Shown one piece after another: positions 1 through 12,100 of a stretch of 64,000 nt of DNA. A model generated the notes under the pieces. It was not told the origin of the DNA. It saw only the letters and a program-made list of their open reading frames with translations, and searched no databases. This DNA comes from Burkholderiales bacterium (GTDB taxonomy: Bacteria > Pseudomonadota > Gammaproteobacteria > Burkholderiales > SG8-41), in NCBI GenBank assembly GCA_035649495.1, contig DASRJL010000092.1, positions 3,588-67,587 of the forward strand. The letters run 5' to 3'. How positions within the stretch are numbered: the first letter of the stretch is position 1; every line of letters begins with the position of its first letter. Position numbers and translations under genes: made by a program.

Positions 1-118
1 GCCCTGTTCGACGGGCCGCGATCGCGCGTTTCTTCTCTGCGGTCAACGCCGGGTAACGCAGCGGGATGGCGTAACCTCCTGCAAGGCTGCCTCGGGGGGC
101 CGTGTTACAGGCAGCGCT

Positions 119-3100
119 TCAGGTTTCGCTTTCCTCCTCGCAATAGTCGATGTCTCCATCGGCATACGTAAAGAGCCAGTTCCTGATCGCGGCCAGCTTC
201 GCGTCATGCGGCCCGCGACTGGTAACAATGCGGGCGCCCGGCTCGCTGGACAGAAAGCCGTGCCGACGCAACTGCCTGATGTGCTCGGTCCGGGTCGACG
301 CGACAGAGCACGCGACGGAAACGGCCCCGCGCGCCCCGAAATCCCGCAGGGCCGCACTGACGAGAGCGTCGAAGGCCCGGGTATCCTCGCGGCTCACGAG
401 ATAGTCGACTATCCTGCCCCGAATCCCGCCTTTCCAGCGGGATTCGCGGGTCACCAGGTAGCCGACGACCTTGCCGTCCCGATCGGCGACGTATCGCGTA
501 TAGCCCCGGTTGGGGCAGCGATCAAAGCGCCAACTCAGAAACGCCTGATCGCGCACCATGATGCCTCGGTAGTCACGGGACGCCGTGCGCCACAACTCAT
601 CGAATCTGCCGTCGAAGTGGGGGATCTGCGAAACGGTGACGCTCCTGTCGGCGCGCAATCGAGCGCCGAAATCGAATGCCCTCGGAACGGGCCAGTAGAG
701 CAGACCGGAAACCCAGCAGAGCAGGGCATTCGCTCCCCGCGCCCTCAGCACTCCGCCCAGGTTGAGGCACGTCTTCAGGTCTTGCAATTGGTCGAGGTCA
801 ATCACCGATTCCATTGCCGACGCAATCGAATACATGGCTTCATTCGGCATCCCGAGCTTGATCCCGGGTGTATTTTCGTCGACCTGGTGAAGAAACCACC
901 CGGTGACCGTTCTGTGGTCGGGTGCGACGTGCGTATCGGTGCTCCACACGCCGGGCGTCGTTTCACCCTCGATCTTGAATCGTACGGGCAGAGCCCCGTT
1001 CCAGCCCACGATCTCGCCGCTGGATTCGAGAATGTCGACCAATGGGCCCTGGTCCGGACGATCCAGGTACTTCCACTCGAAAACCGCATCCAGAAGGCTT
1101 GCCGTCGTTGGTCCGAAGCACTTGGCGTACGAAGGCAATACGCCTCTCCTGTCGCCGTCCCGGTACCGTCGATACGTGTAAAGCGGGCCGTTCTTGGTCC
1201 GGTAGTGAGCCTCCTCGGTAGCTGCCAGGTCGCCAGGTGTCGACGAATCCGGCGCCCTTGAGGCCGATCCCGCACCTTGAGGCGGCTCCGCGCTGGCGAA
1301 ACTGCCGGGCGCCGCGCCAAACTCGCGGCCGACCGCCGCCGCCAATGCAGAGACGGTCGGGTTGTCGTAGATCAGCCGGGGGGTGAACTGGGTGTTTCTC
1401 AACCGGCGGCGCAGCCGGTTGATCAGGTCGACGGCCATCAGGGAATCGAGGCCGACCTCGAACAGGGAAGTCTCGTCCTCCAATGACTGCGGGTGCACGC
1501 CCAGGACCTGAGATATTTCCGTCCTGATCGTCGTAGCGAGCAATTGTATGCGCTCGACCTCAGGCGCGCTCGACAGACGTTCGAGTTCCGCGGCAAGCGA
1601 GGCATTCCGCCGGGACGCGCTGTCGTCTCCCGCAGTTTCAGTAGTCTGCCCCAGGCGCCCCAGCCAGGGGCAGGGACGCTGGGCCTCGGCGTGGACACGG
1701 AAAGTCGCCCAGTTCACGTCCGCCACTGCGGCGTGCGCGACGCGCTCCACCATCAGCGATTCCATCGCGTCGAGCGCCAGCGACGGGCCCAACAGGGACA
1801 GGCCGCGCCGGCGCAGCCAGGCGACGCCCTGCTCGGTCGAACTCGCCATCAATCCGAGTCCGGCCCAGGGGCCGTAGCTGATCGTCGTGACAGCTTCGCC
1901 CAGCGCCTTGCGCGACTCGGCGAGGCTTTCGAGGAAGGCGTTTGCAGCCGAGTAGGCAGCTTGGCTGACTGCCCCCCACGCGGAGGCGATCGAGGCCGTG
2001 CACACGAAGAACGACAGTTTGATGCCGCGTTCCCGGGTGATACGGTCGAGCAGCCAGCCGCCGATCACCTTGGGCCCCAGCGTTCGCTCCAGCTCTTCAG
2101 CATCGATGTTTTCGAGCGGAACGAGGCTTGCCACGCCCGCAGCGTGGATAATGCCTTTCAGCACAGGCAAGCCAGAGGCCTCGATCTCGCCGAACAGGCG
2201 CGAGACATCAGCCTCCCTGGACATGTCGGCGCGGATCACTCGAATCGTGCAATCATGGTTGTTCACGAGGTCCGCGATCGTTTCCTGCGCAGAATCCGAG
2301 GCCATGCGGCGGCTGGCCAGCACCAGGTTGCGGGCTCCCCGCGCGACGAGCCTGCGCGCCATTTGCAGACCCAGGTCGCCGAGGCCGCCGGTAATCAGAT
2401 AGGTACCATCCGCAGCCACCTCCAGGGGCTGGGCCGCGCCGGGCGGCTGCCTCCGTGTCACGCGCGCAACCCAGCGACGACCGTCGCGCAGGGCAATCTG
2501 GTCCTCGTCGTCCCCGGACTGGAGTGCTTGAGCCAGGCCGGAGGACACCGCTGCGGCATCGCCGTCGAGCGGCAGATCGATGAGCCCGCCCCACAGTTCC
2601 GGCTGCTCCATGGCGATAGCCCTGCCCAAACCCCACATCGGCCCCTGCGCCGGCTCGATCCGGTCCGACCCTGTGACCTGATGTACGCCGCGGGTTACCA
2701 CCCAGAGCTTCCCTCGCCAGCTAGACCCGATCAAAGCCTGTGCCAGTCGCAGCGTGCTCTCGATACCCAGCTTCTGCGCGAATCGCAATTCGTCGGTGCT
2801 TTCGACTCGTGTTCCATCGAGACTTCGCAAATGCACCACGTGCCCGAAGGGAGCCGATTCGTCAGCATTCGCTTCATCGAACAACCTGGCAAGGGTCTGC
2901 GGCGACCATGGAACCGGTTCATCGGCCGGCGCGCAAACGCACCGCTGACCGAGCCCCTCGAGCTGTCGGCAGAGCTCATGGGCGATGCCTTCGCGATCGC
3001 CCAGGACCAGCCAGGTTGCACGCCGCTGCTCGCGCGCGGCCGGCGGCAGAGCCTTTTGCTCCCAGACACTGTGGTACAAGCAGCTTTGCGGATTCGGCGC

Positions 3101-6100
3101 GGCGTCGACCCTGGGCTCGGGAGCGTCGATCCAGTAGCGCTGGCGCTGGAACGGATAGAAGGGCAGGGATACTCTACGGCGGGTGTCCCGCCACGGTGCG
3201 TCGACGGCCGCGAAGTCGACGTCCCCACCGCCGGCGTATATACGCGCTACCGCCGTCATGATCTGCTCCGCGTCGCTGCGGTTCCGGCGCAGGGTCTCAA
3301 CCCATACCGGTTCGCGGTCCGAGTCCCAGCAGCGCCGTCCCATGCCGAGAAGCACCGGCTGTGGCCCGAGCTCGATCACGAGATCGCAGGCCAGCTGCTG
3401 GAGCGCGCGGATGCTGCGCTCGAACTGGACCGGTTTCCTGATGTGCTCGGTCCAGTACGTCGCATCCAGGACCGTATCGTCGGAGACGACGTCCCCGCTC
3501 ACGTTGCTGATAAGGCGCTTCCGCGGGAGCTGGCAGGATATCCGGGATGCGAGAGCTTTGAACGGGTCGAGGATCGGGTCCATCCAGGCGCTATGAAACG
3601 CGCCCGAAGTCGCCAGCCGCCTGCAGCGCTGGCCGTCGGCCTCGAAGCGCTGCAGCAGTTCGTCCACCGCCTCCGAGGCACCGCTGATGACGGTCTCCGC
3701 GCCGTTATAAGCAGCTACACACACATCGGTTCCTGCGCGAAATGCGGCCGTGACCGTCTCAGCATCAACGGAGATCGCCCCCATTGCGCCGCCCGAGGGC
3801 AGCCCCTGCATCAATCGGCCGCGCTCCACCATCAGGGTCATGCCCTCTTCGAGGGTGAATACGCCGGCGGTGCATGCAGCTGCATACTCGCCTACGCTGT
3901 GACCGAGGACGATGTCCGGCTCTACGCCCCAACTGCGCAGCAGCGCAGCGAGGGAGGTCTCCAGTGCATAGAGCGCCGGCTGTGTGTATCGGGTTTCGTC
4001 GAGGCGGCCACTGCCATCATCTTCGAAAACAATCTCGTGCAATCCGGGCGCCCCGCCCTGCAGTCGGCTGAACTCCGCGGCGCAGCGGTCGAAATGATCG
4101 CGGAACACCGGCTCCGTCGAGTACAGGTCGCGTCCCATGCCCGCGAACTGCGAGCCCTGGCCCGTGAACAGGAATGCGATATGGCGCGTAGTTCGCAACG
4201 CGAGGCGGCCTTGATGAACGCCCGGATCGGTGAGTCCCTGCTGCAGACTGGTCAGCTGCGCCGTCAGCCGTTCGCGATCACCGAACACCAACGCCGCGCG
4301 CTGCTCGAAGTGATCGCGTCCGGTGTTGGCGGCATGGCACAAATCGGGCAACGGCACTTCGCTGTCCCGCACCAGTGCCTCCAGGTAGCGCCCAGCGAGT
4401 TCTCCCAGCGCGCCGTTCGTACGCGCCGACAGGGCGAGCACGCACGCACCCCGCTCGGGAATGCTTGCGCCGGTGCGAGCGGAAACGCGCCGGACCGGCG
4501 CCTCTTCGATCACCACGTGCGCATTTGTGCCCACGAATCCGAAAGAGCTCACGTCGGCGATGCGCCGCCGCTCTCCCGGGGGCCAGGGGACGGGTTCCGT
4601 CACGATGCGCAGGTTGAGCTGTTCCCAGGGAATGTGCGGGTTTGGCGTCCGGTAATGCAGGCTCTTGGGTATTCGCTCGTGGCGGAGCGCCAGGATGACC
4701 TTGATGACCCCGGCAATGCCGGCCGCGGTCTCCGTATGTCCGATGTTCGACTTCGCCGAGCCGACCAGAAGCGGATTGGACGGATCGCGTCCCCGCGACA
4801 GCACCGCATCCGCGGCCTGCACTTCTATCGGGTCGCCCAGCGGTGTGCCGGTTCCGTGCGCCTCGAGGTATTGAACGTCGGCCGGCGCGACACCCGCGTT
4901 CGCGAGCGCATCGGCAATCACCCGCTCCTGCGCTACACCATTCGGTACGGTCAAGCCGCTGCTGCGCCCGTCCTGGTTCACCGCGGAACCACGAATCAGC
5001 GCCAGAATCGGGTCGCCATCGCGCTCGGCATCGCGCAGCCGCTTCAAGGCGACCACGCCGCATCCTTCGCTGCGCACGTAGCCGTTGGCCGACGTATCGA
5101 ACGTCTTGCAGCGTCCGTCGGGGCTCAGCATGTGCGCACGGGAAAGAATCATGGATACCGCGGGGTTGAGCACTAAGCTGACGCCGCCAGCCAGCGCGAT
5201 ATCGCATTCGCCTGCGCGCAGGCTCGCGCACGCTTCATGCAGCGATACCAGCGAGGAACTGCATGCGGTATCGATGGCAAGAGCCGGCCCCTCCCAGCCG
5301 AGGGTGAATGCCAGCCGTCCGGCGGCCGCGCAGAGCGCGTTGCCCGTGCCGACGTAAGCGTCGAGCTGCCCGATGTCCTGGCGCGATACCCTCTCCGCGT
5401 AGTCCGATACGGAGATACCGATGAATACGCCACCGCGAACGCCTCGCAAGCGGCGTGGCGCCAAGCCGGCATTTTCCAGCGCCTCCCAGGCGACTTCGAG
5501 CAGTATTCGCTGCTGCGGGTCGAGGCTCAGTGCTTCCCGCGGCGAGATACCGAAGAAACCCGCGTCGAACATTTCGACGTCGGACAGAAATCCTCCCCAG
5601 CGGGTGTTCATCTTGCCGGGCATGTCCGGGTCGGCGTCGTAATGTGTTGCGGCGTCCCAGCGACTGGCCGGGATCTCGGTGATCTCGTCGCGTCCTTCGT
5701 CGAAAATGCGCCAGAAAGCCTCGGGATCGTTGGCGCCGGGATAGCGGCAGCTCAGGCCGATCACGGCTACCGGCTCGACGGTCCTCGATCGCAGCCGATC
5801 CACCTCGGACTGCAATGAGAGGATCGCAGCCAGCGCCTTGCGGTTGAACCTGTTCTCCTCGGATTCGTCGAGATCTGCGGACCAGCGCTGAGGATCCAGG
5901 ACCTCGCTGACGGCGCTGTCGATCGCCTGCGTCAGGCCGGTTGCGTCGCAGCTGAGCGCCTTGGCCTGAGCCTCGCTTGAATCGAGTATCCGGACCGGCA
6001 CCGGCGCGCGTTCCTCACCAGGGGACAGAGACGTCAAAAGGTAAGCGGCGATTCTGCGAACGGTTGGATGGTTGAAGATAATCGCAGCCTGCAGCTCGAC

Positions 6101-9100
6101 CGTATCGCCGATGTCGGCTTGCAGCGTGCTCCTCAATTCGACGGCCATGATCGAGTTCATGCCCAGGTCGAAGAAGCCGGCTTCCGGATCGACGCTTTCG
6201 GGCGTCAGCCCCAGCACGGCGCCGACTCGCCCTCGCATGTGCGTCTCGAGCGCTTCCCGGCGCTCGGCGGGACCCAGCGCGGCCAAGCGGCGAACGAGCT
6301 CACCGGGGCCGCGTTTCGCGCCGCGCCGGGCGGAATCCCCCGCGATGTCGCCCTCCACCCCGGCGAGGAGGAACAACTCCTCCAGGAACCTGAGCAGAAT
6401 CGGGGGTAGCCGCCCGGCGCGCGCCAGAGTGGCCCACCGCGCAACATTCATGGGCTGAACGCAGACTTGAGCAGCGCCGGAGCCGGCCAGGAGGTCGAAC
6501 GCTCGCAGCGCGAGCTTCGGGCGGATCAGGTGCGTTCCCATCTCCTCCCACCGCTCGGCTTCCATGCGGGTCGCCATGCCGTCCTCGGCCCAGGGGCCCC
6601 AGTTGATGGCAACTGCAGGGAGTCCCTTGCCGCGGCGGTAATGGGCGAGGCTGTCCAGGTACGCGTTGGCGGCGCTGTAATTGCCATGCCCGCGCAGTCC
6701 CAGCAGTGATGCGGCCGAGCTGAACAGCACGAAAAAATCGAGCTCGAGCTTATGCCTGCATGCCAGGTGGTGCAGGTTCCAGGCGCCCCAGACCTTCGGC
6801 GCCATCACGCTCGCAAGCAGATCCCGCGTCTGGCTCGCGATCGGGGCGCCTTCCAGGACGCCTGCGGCGTGGATAATCCCGCGCAGTGGAAGGGCGCCGG
6901 GCGCACCCCGAATCTGCTCCATCAACCGCTCGGCTTCCGCGTGCACCGATACGTCGGCGGTATAGACGTCGACCCGGCATCCGGAATCTGCCAGTGCCTT
7001 TATTACTGCGCCCGCGGCCTCGTTACCTCCTGATCTGCTCGTCAGGACGATCTGCCTGGCGCCGTGCCCGGCCAGGTGCCGTGCCAGCATCAGGCCCAGC
7101 GCGCCGGTGCCACCGGTTATCAGGTAGGCGGCGTCCGCCCTGACGCGCAACGGCGATTCATCGCGCACGGGCTCACGTCGGAAGCGCGCAGTCCAGGACT
7201 TGCCATCGCGCACGGCCACCTGATCGCCGCCGTCGTCGCGCAGCAGTGCGCCAGCGAGATCGGCTGCTGTCGCGGTGCTGTCCCGCCCGAGGGCGAGATC
7301 GATCAATCCGCCGTAGCGGTCCGGGTGCTCGACTGCGAACGTTCGACCGAAGCCCCACACGGGAGCATGGGTGGGCTCGACTTGCTCGTCGTCCAGCACC
7401 GCATGAACGCCGCGGGTCACGAGCCAGAGCCGCGTTGCCTCCCGTGTGGAAATCAGGGCTTGCGCGACGAGCAGGGCACTCATCACTCCCGAGGATTGTG
7501 CCTCTCGAACAGCGTCGCCGCCCCCGTCTGAATCGACGAATGACCCTGCGACATGCACGACGTGATCGACCGGTGCCTGCCGTCGTGCAGTCTCCAGCAT
7601 TGCGCGTATGGCAGCCGGCGAGGTCGCGTTGCCGTCGATGCGCTCGCTTCTCACGGACTCCTGTCCGCGAGCGCGCAGCGCCATTTCGAGCGCAGCGCCG
7701 AGATCCGCTTCGCCAGCCAGTATCAGCCAGCGCTGCTGCCGGGCGGCTGACGATGGCGGCAAGCCATCACTTGCCTTCCACCGGACCTGGTAGACGGAGT
7801 CTCCCAGCGCAGCGGCGATATCGCCGCCCATCGGGCCGGCCCAGTAGCGCTCGTGCTGGAAAGGGTAGGACGGGAGCGCAAACGTCCGGCGCGCGCGGGC
7901 GCCGGGCGCCATGACGGCAAAGTCGAGCGTGATTCCCCGTGCATGGATCTGTGCCGCGGCGGTCAATACCTGTTCGTAAGCGTTGCGGCCTTTTGCGAGT
8001 GAGCTCGCCCAGAGCACGGGATGCTCCGGGCGCCAGCTCATCTGCGCCAGCCAGACGAGCTCCGCCTGCGGCCCGAGCTCGAGCGCGATGTCGCATCCAA
8101 CCTCTTCGAACAGCGCCTGGATCCCCTGCGCAAACCGCACGGGTTGCCGAGCCTGGTTGCGCCAGTACACGGCGTCCGGCGTCTCGTCATTTGCGAGAGG
8201 CTTGCCGGTCAGGGTGCTGATCAGCCTGGTGTGGGGCGCGCTGTATTCTGTGCGACGCGCACACGCCTCGTAGTCGTCCAGGATGGGTTCGATGCTGGGA
8301 CTGTGGAAGGCATTGGACGCCGGCAGCTTGGCGTAGTAGAGCTCTTTCGAGTCGAATTGCTCCGCGAGGACGTCCAGGCGGCCAATCGGACCGCTGACTA
8401 CCGTGTTCAATCCGTTGTAGGCCGACACGTGCACGGTGTCGTCGCCGGCTATGGCCGCCTCGACCGTCTCGATGGGTGCGGTGACCGAGAGCATCGTTCC
8501 CTCCGGGAGCGTTTGCATCAGACGCGCCCGGTCGACGATCAGTCTCAGGCCGTCCTCGATACGAAATACTCCCGCAACACACGCGGCGGCGTACTCGCCT
8601 GCGCTATGGCCGAGAACGGCATCCGGCTTGACGCCCCAACTCTGCCAGAGCGCCGCCAACGACACCTGCAGCGCATAAAGGGCGGGTTGCACGTAGCGGG
8701 TCTGCTTGAGAAGCTGCGCGCTGTCCTGGTCGAACATCAGGCTCTTGAGCGGCGGCGAACCGTCCTCGCGGCCGAAGTCGTCGTACGCCGCGGCACAGCG
8801 GTCAAGACACTCGCGAAACGCCGGCGCACGCTCGTAGAGCTCTTGCGCCATACCTGTGTATTGCAGTCCCTGTCCTGGAAAGAGAAATGCGACCCGCGGG
8901 CGGCGCTCGCGCAGGGTTGTGCCCGCAATCAAGCCCGGCGCCGGCTTGCCTTGTGCCAGGGCGCCGAGCTTTTGCTGAGCCGCCTCGCGGCTGCCGCAAA
9001 TCAGCACTGCGCGCTGCTCGAAATGGTTGCGCCCCGTATTGGCGGCATGACAGATGTCGGAGATCGCCGCATCGTCCCGCGCGCGCAGCCACGCCGCGTA

Positions 9101-12100
9101 CCGCACGGCCAACTCCTTCACGCCGGACTGCGTTCGGGCGGACAGGGCCAGCAGCCACGGGCCGGACGCATCCACGATCGGCTCACCGGCATCGTTGGCT
9201 TCCTGCCGTGGCGCCTCCTCGAGCACGACGTGAGCATTGGTGCCCGCGAATCCGAAGGAGCTCACCCCGGCGATTCGAGTGCGCGAATCAGCGCGCGCCC
9301 ACGGCAGCGTCTCCGCTGCGACCTTGACGGGCATGGACGCCCAGGGAATGTGGGGGTTGGGTACTTTGAAATGCAAGCTCCGCGGGATCGCGCCGTGCTG
9401 CAGTGCCAGAACCACCTTGATGAGTCCTGCGATCCCGGCGGCGGCCTCCAGGTGACCCATGTTGGACTTGACCGATCCGATGATGAGGGCATCGGCGGGC
9501 TCGCGTCCCCGCGCGAGGACCGCGTTGGCGGCTTGAACCTCGATCGGATCGCCGAGCACGGTTGCGGTGCCATGACATTCGAGGTAATGCACGCTCGCCG
9601 GCTCGATGCCTGCAACGCTCAAGGCGTCGGCGATGACGCGCGTCTGCGAGGGACCGCTCGGGGCGGTGAGTCCGCTGCTGCGTCCGTCCTGGTTGACCGC
9701 GCTGCCCCGGATCACCGCCAGGATGCGGTCCCCATCGCGGCGCGCATCGCTCAGGCGTTTGAGGACGACTATCCCGCAGCCTTCGCTGCGCACATAACCA
9801 TCAGCCGACGCATCGAACGTCCTGCACCGGCCGTCGGGGCTGAGCAGTCGCGCCTTGCAGAACGCCACGGTAAGCTCCGGGCGCAGGATCGCGTTGACCC
9901 CGCCGGCCAACGCAATCTCGCACTCTCCCTGGCGCAGGCTTTGCACGGCCTGATGCACGGCCACCAGCGACGAGCTGCACGCCGTGTCCACGGCAACGCA
10001 GGGTCCCTGCAGGCCGAGCGCGAAGGATAGCCGCCCGACGGCTGCGCTGTGGGCGTTGCCCGTGGCCATGAACGCGTCGGTCGTTTCGGGGCCCCGGCCG
10101 GTCAGGATCCGCTCGTAGTCGCCGGTGGAAAGGCCCATGAAGACCCCGGCGGGTCTGCCGTCGAGCCGGCCGGGTGGGATACCCGCGTGCTCCAGCGCGA
10201 GCCATGCGACCTCAAGCAGGTGCCGATGCTGCGGGTCCATGCTGGTTGCTTCCCGCGGCGAGATATCGAAAAACGCCGCATCGAAGCCTTCGATGTCGTC
10301 GATGAAACCGCCGAACCGGGTGTTCATCTTGCCCACGGCACCAGCGTCCGGATCGAAGTAGGCTTCGATATTCCAGCGCTCCGGGGGCACCTCCCGGATC
10401 GCGTCGCGTCCCTCTTCCAGCAGCCGCCAGAATTCATCGGCATCGGCGGCGCCGGGAAAGCGGCAGGCCAAGCCGACGACAGCTACCGGTTCATCCGGCA
10501 GCCGATCCGCTCGCGCTGGCACGGGCGATCGCGCCGGTTCTCCGAACAGAACGTCCTCCAGGTAACGGGCAAGCGCTTCGATATTGGGCTGGTCGAACAG
10601 GAGCGTCGCGGGCAGGCTGACGTTGTTTCCGATCGCGTCCTGCAAGCGGTTGACGAGGGCGACGGCTCCAACCGAGTCGAGTCCCAATCGCTCGAAGCCG
10701 GTGCGCGGATCGGGCAACGCAGCGAGTTCCAGCGCGCGGGCGATTTCTCCCTGCACATGGGCGACGAGCACGCGGTGGCGGTCCGCCCGGGGCAGGGCAC
10801 GCAGCAGTTCGATCAGGCCTGCGACTGCCGCCGGGGCCGGACTGTCGCGCTCCTCGCTCGACTTCGCACGCCATTCCGAGAGCAACGCCAGACCGCCGGA
10901 CAGGTGCTCCAGGCGGCACGCATAGCGCATGATCTTGCCGCTCGAGGTTTTCGGAAGCCGGCCTGGCTGCACGAGCCCGAGCCAATGTACGGCAACGCCG
11001 AACTGCTCTCCAATCGCGGCGCGAACAGCCTCGAACACCTCATCCGAACTGATCCGCTGACGGCCCGAGCGCTTCACCTCCAACGCGATGCCCAGTTCCT
11101 CGCGGTCCTCGACCTCCAGGGGAAAAGCGGCACAGGCGTCGATCTGCAGTGCCTCATGGCTATGCTGCGCGGCCAGCTCGATATCCTGCGGATACAGATT
11201 GCGGCCGCGAATGATGATCATGTCCTTGAGTCGGCCGGTGACGTACAACTCACCATTGAGCAGGAACCCCAGATCGCCGGTTCGCAGGTAGGACTGTTCC
11301 CCTTCTCCGGCAATGTGCGCGTTGAAGGTTGCTTCGGTTTCATCCGGCCGTTTCCAGTAACCGCGGGCAACGCTGGGGCCTGAAACCCAGATCTCGCCGA
11401 CCCTGCTCTCGGGAAGACGCTGCAGGGTTTCGGGATCCGCGATGGCGACTTCCATGCTGCCGCCCATGATTCCGGAACTAACCAGGCGGATCGCCAGCGG
11501 CTCCTCGGGCGCGCAGGTTTCGGCTGCACCATGGTCGAGCCTGTCACGCCGGAAGCAGGTTACTACGGGGTCTTGGTCCAACCGGCCTGCAGTCGTGCAA
11601 AGCGTCGTTTCCGCCATGCCATAACATGGCAGGTGCGTGCGGCGGCGGAAACCATAAGGCTCGAAGGTCTCGCTGAAGCGGTCGAGCGTGTCCGCTCGAA
11701 CGGGTTCAGCGCCATTGATGGTCATCTCCCACGAACTGAGATCGAGCCCTTCGCGCTGACTGGGCGTGGTCCCTCTTACGCACAGGTCATACGCGAAATT
11801 GGGCGCGCTCGACCCGGTACCCCGGTAGTTGCTGATAGCCCTCAACCATCGGATCGGGCTTTGCAGGAACGCTGCCGGCGACATGACGACCGTCAACGCG
11901 CCGCAGAACGTAGGCCCCACGAGGCCCGCGATCAGGCCCATGTCGTGGAAAAATGGCTGCCAGCTGACCTCGGTCGAATGCACGTTGCACCGGGAGACCT
12001 CGCGCGCGTACTCGCACTGATGCAACAGATTGCCGTGGGTGATCATTACGCCCTTGGGGCTGCCGGTAGACCCCGAGGTATATTGAAGGTGTGCCACGGA

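Noticed and set aside
1493-5176. 1227-aa plus-strand ORF. Similar long plus-strand ORFs occur at 206-1261, 8021-10030 and 10049-11383.
   Set aside because: All lie antisense to, and entirely inside, the PKS gene. Their translations are Arg/Ala/Gly/Pro-rich with no motifs. This is the typical stop-codon-poor antisense artefact of very GC-rich coding DNA.
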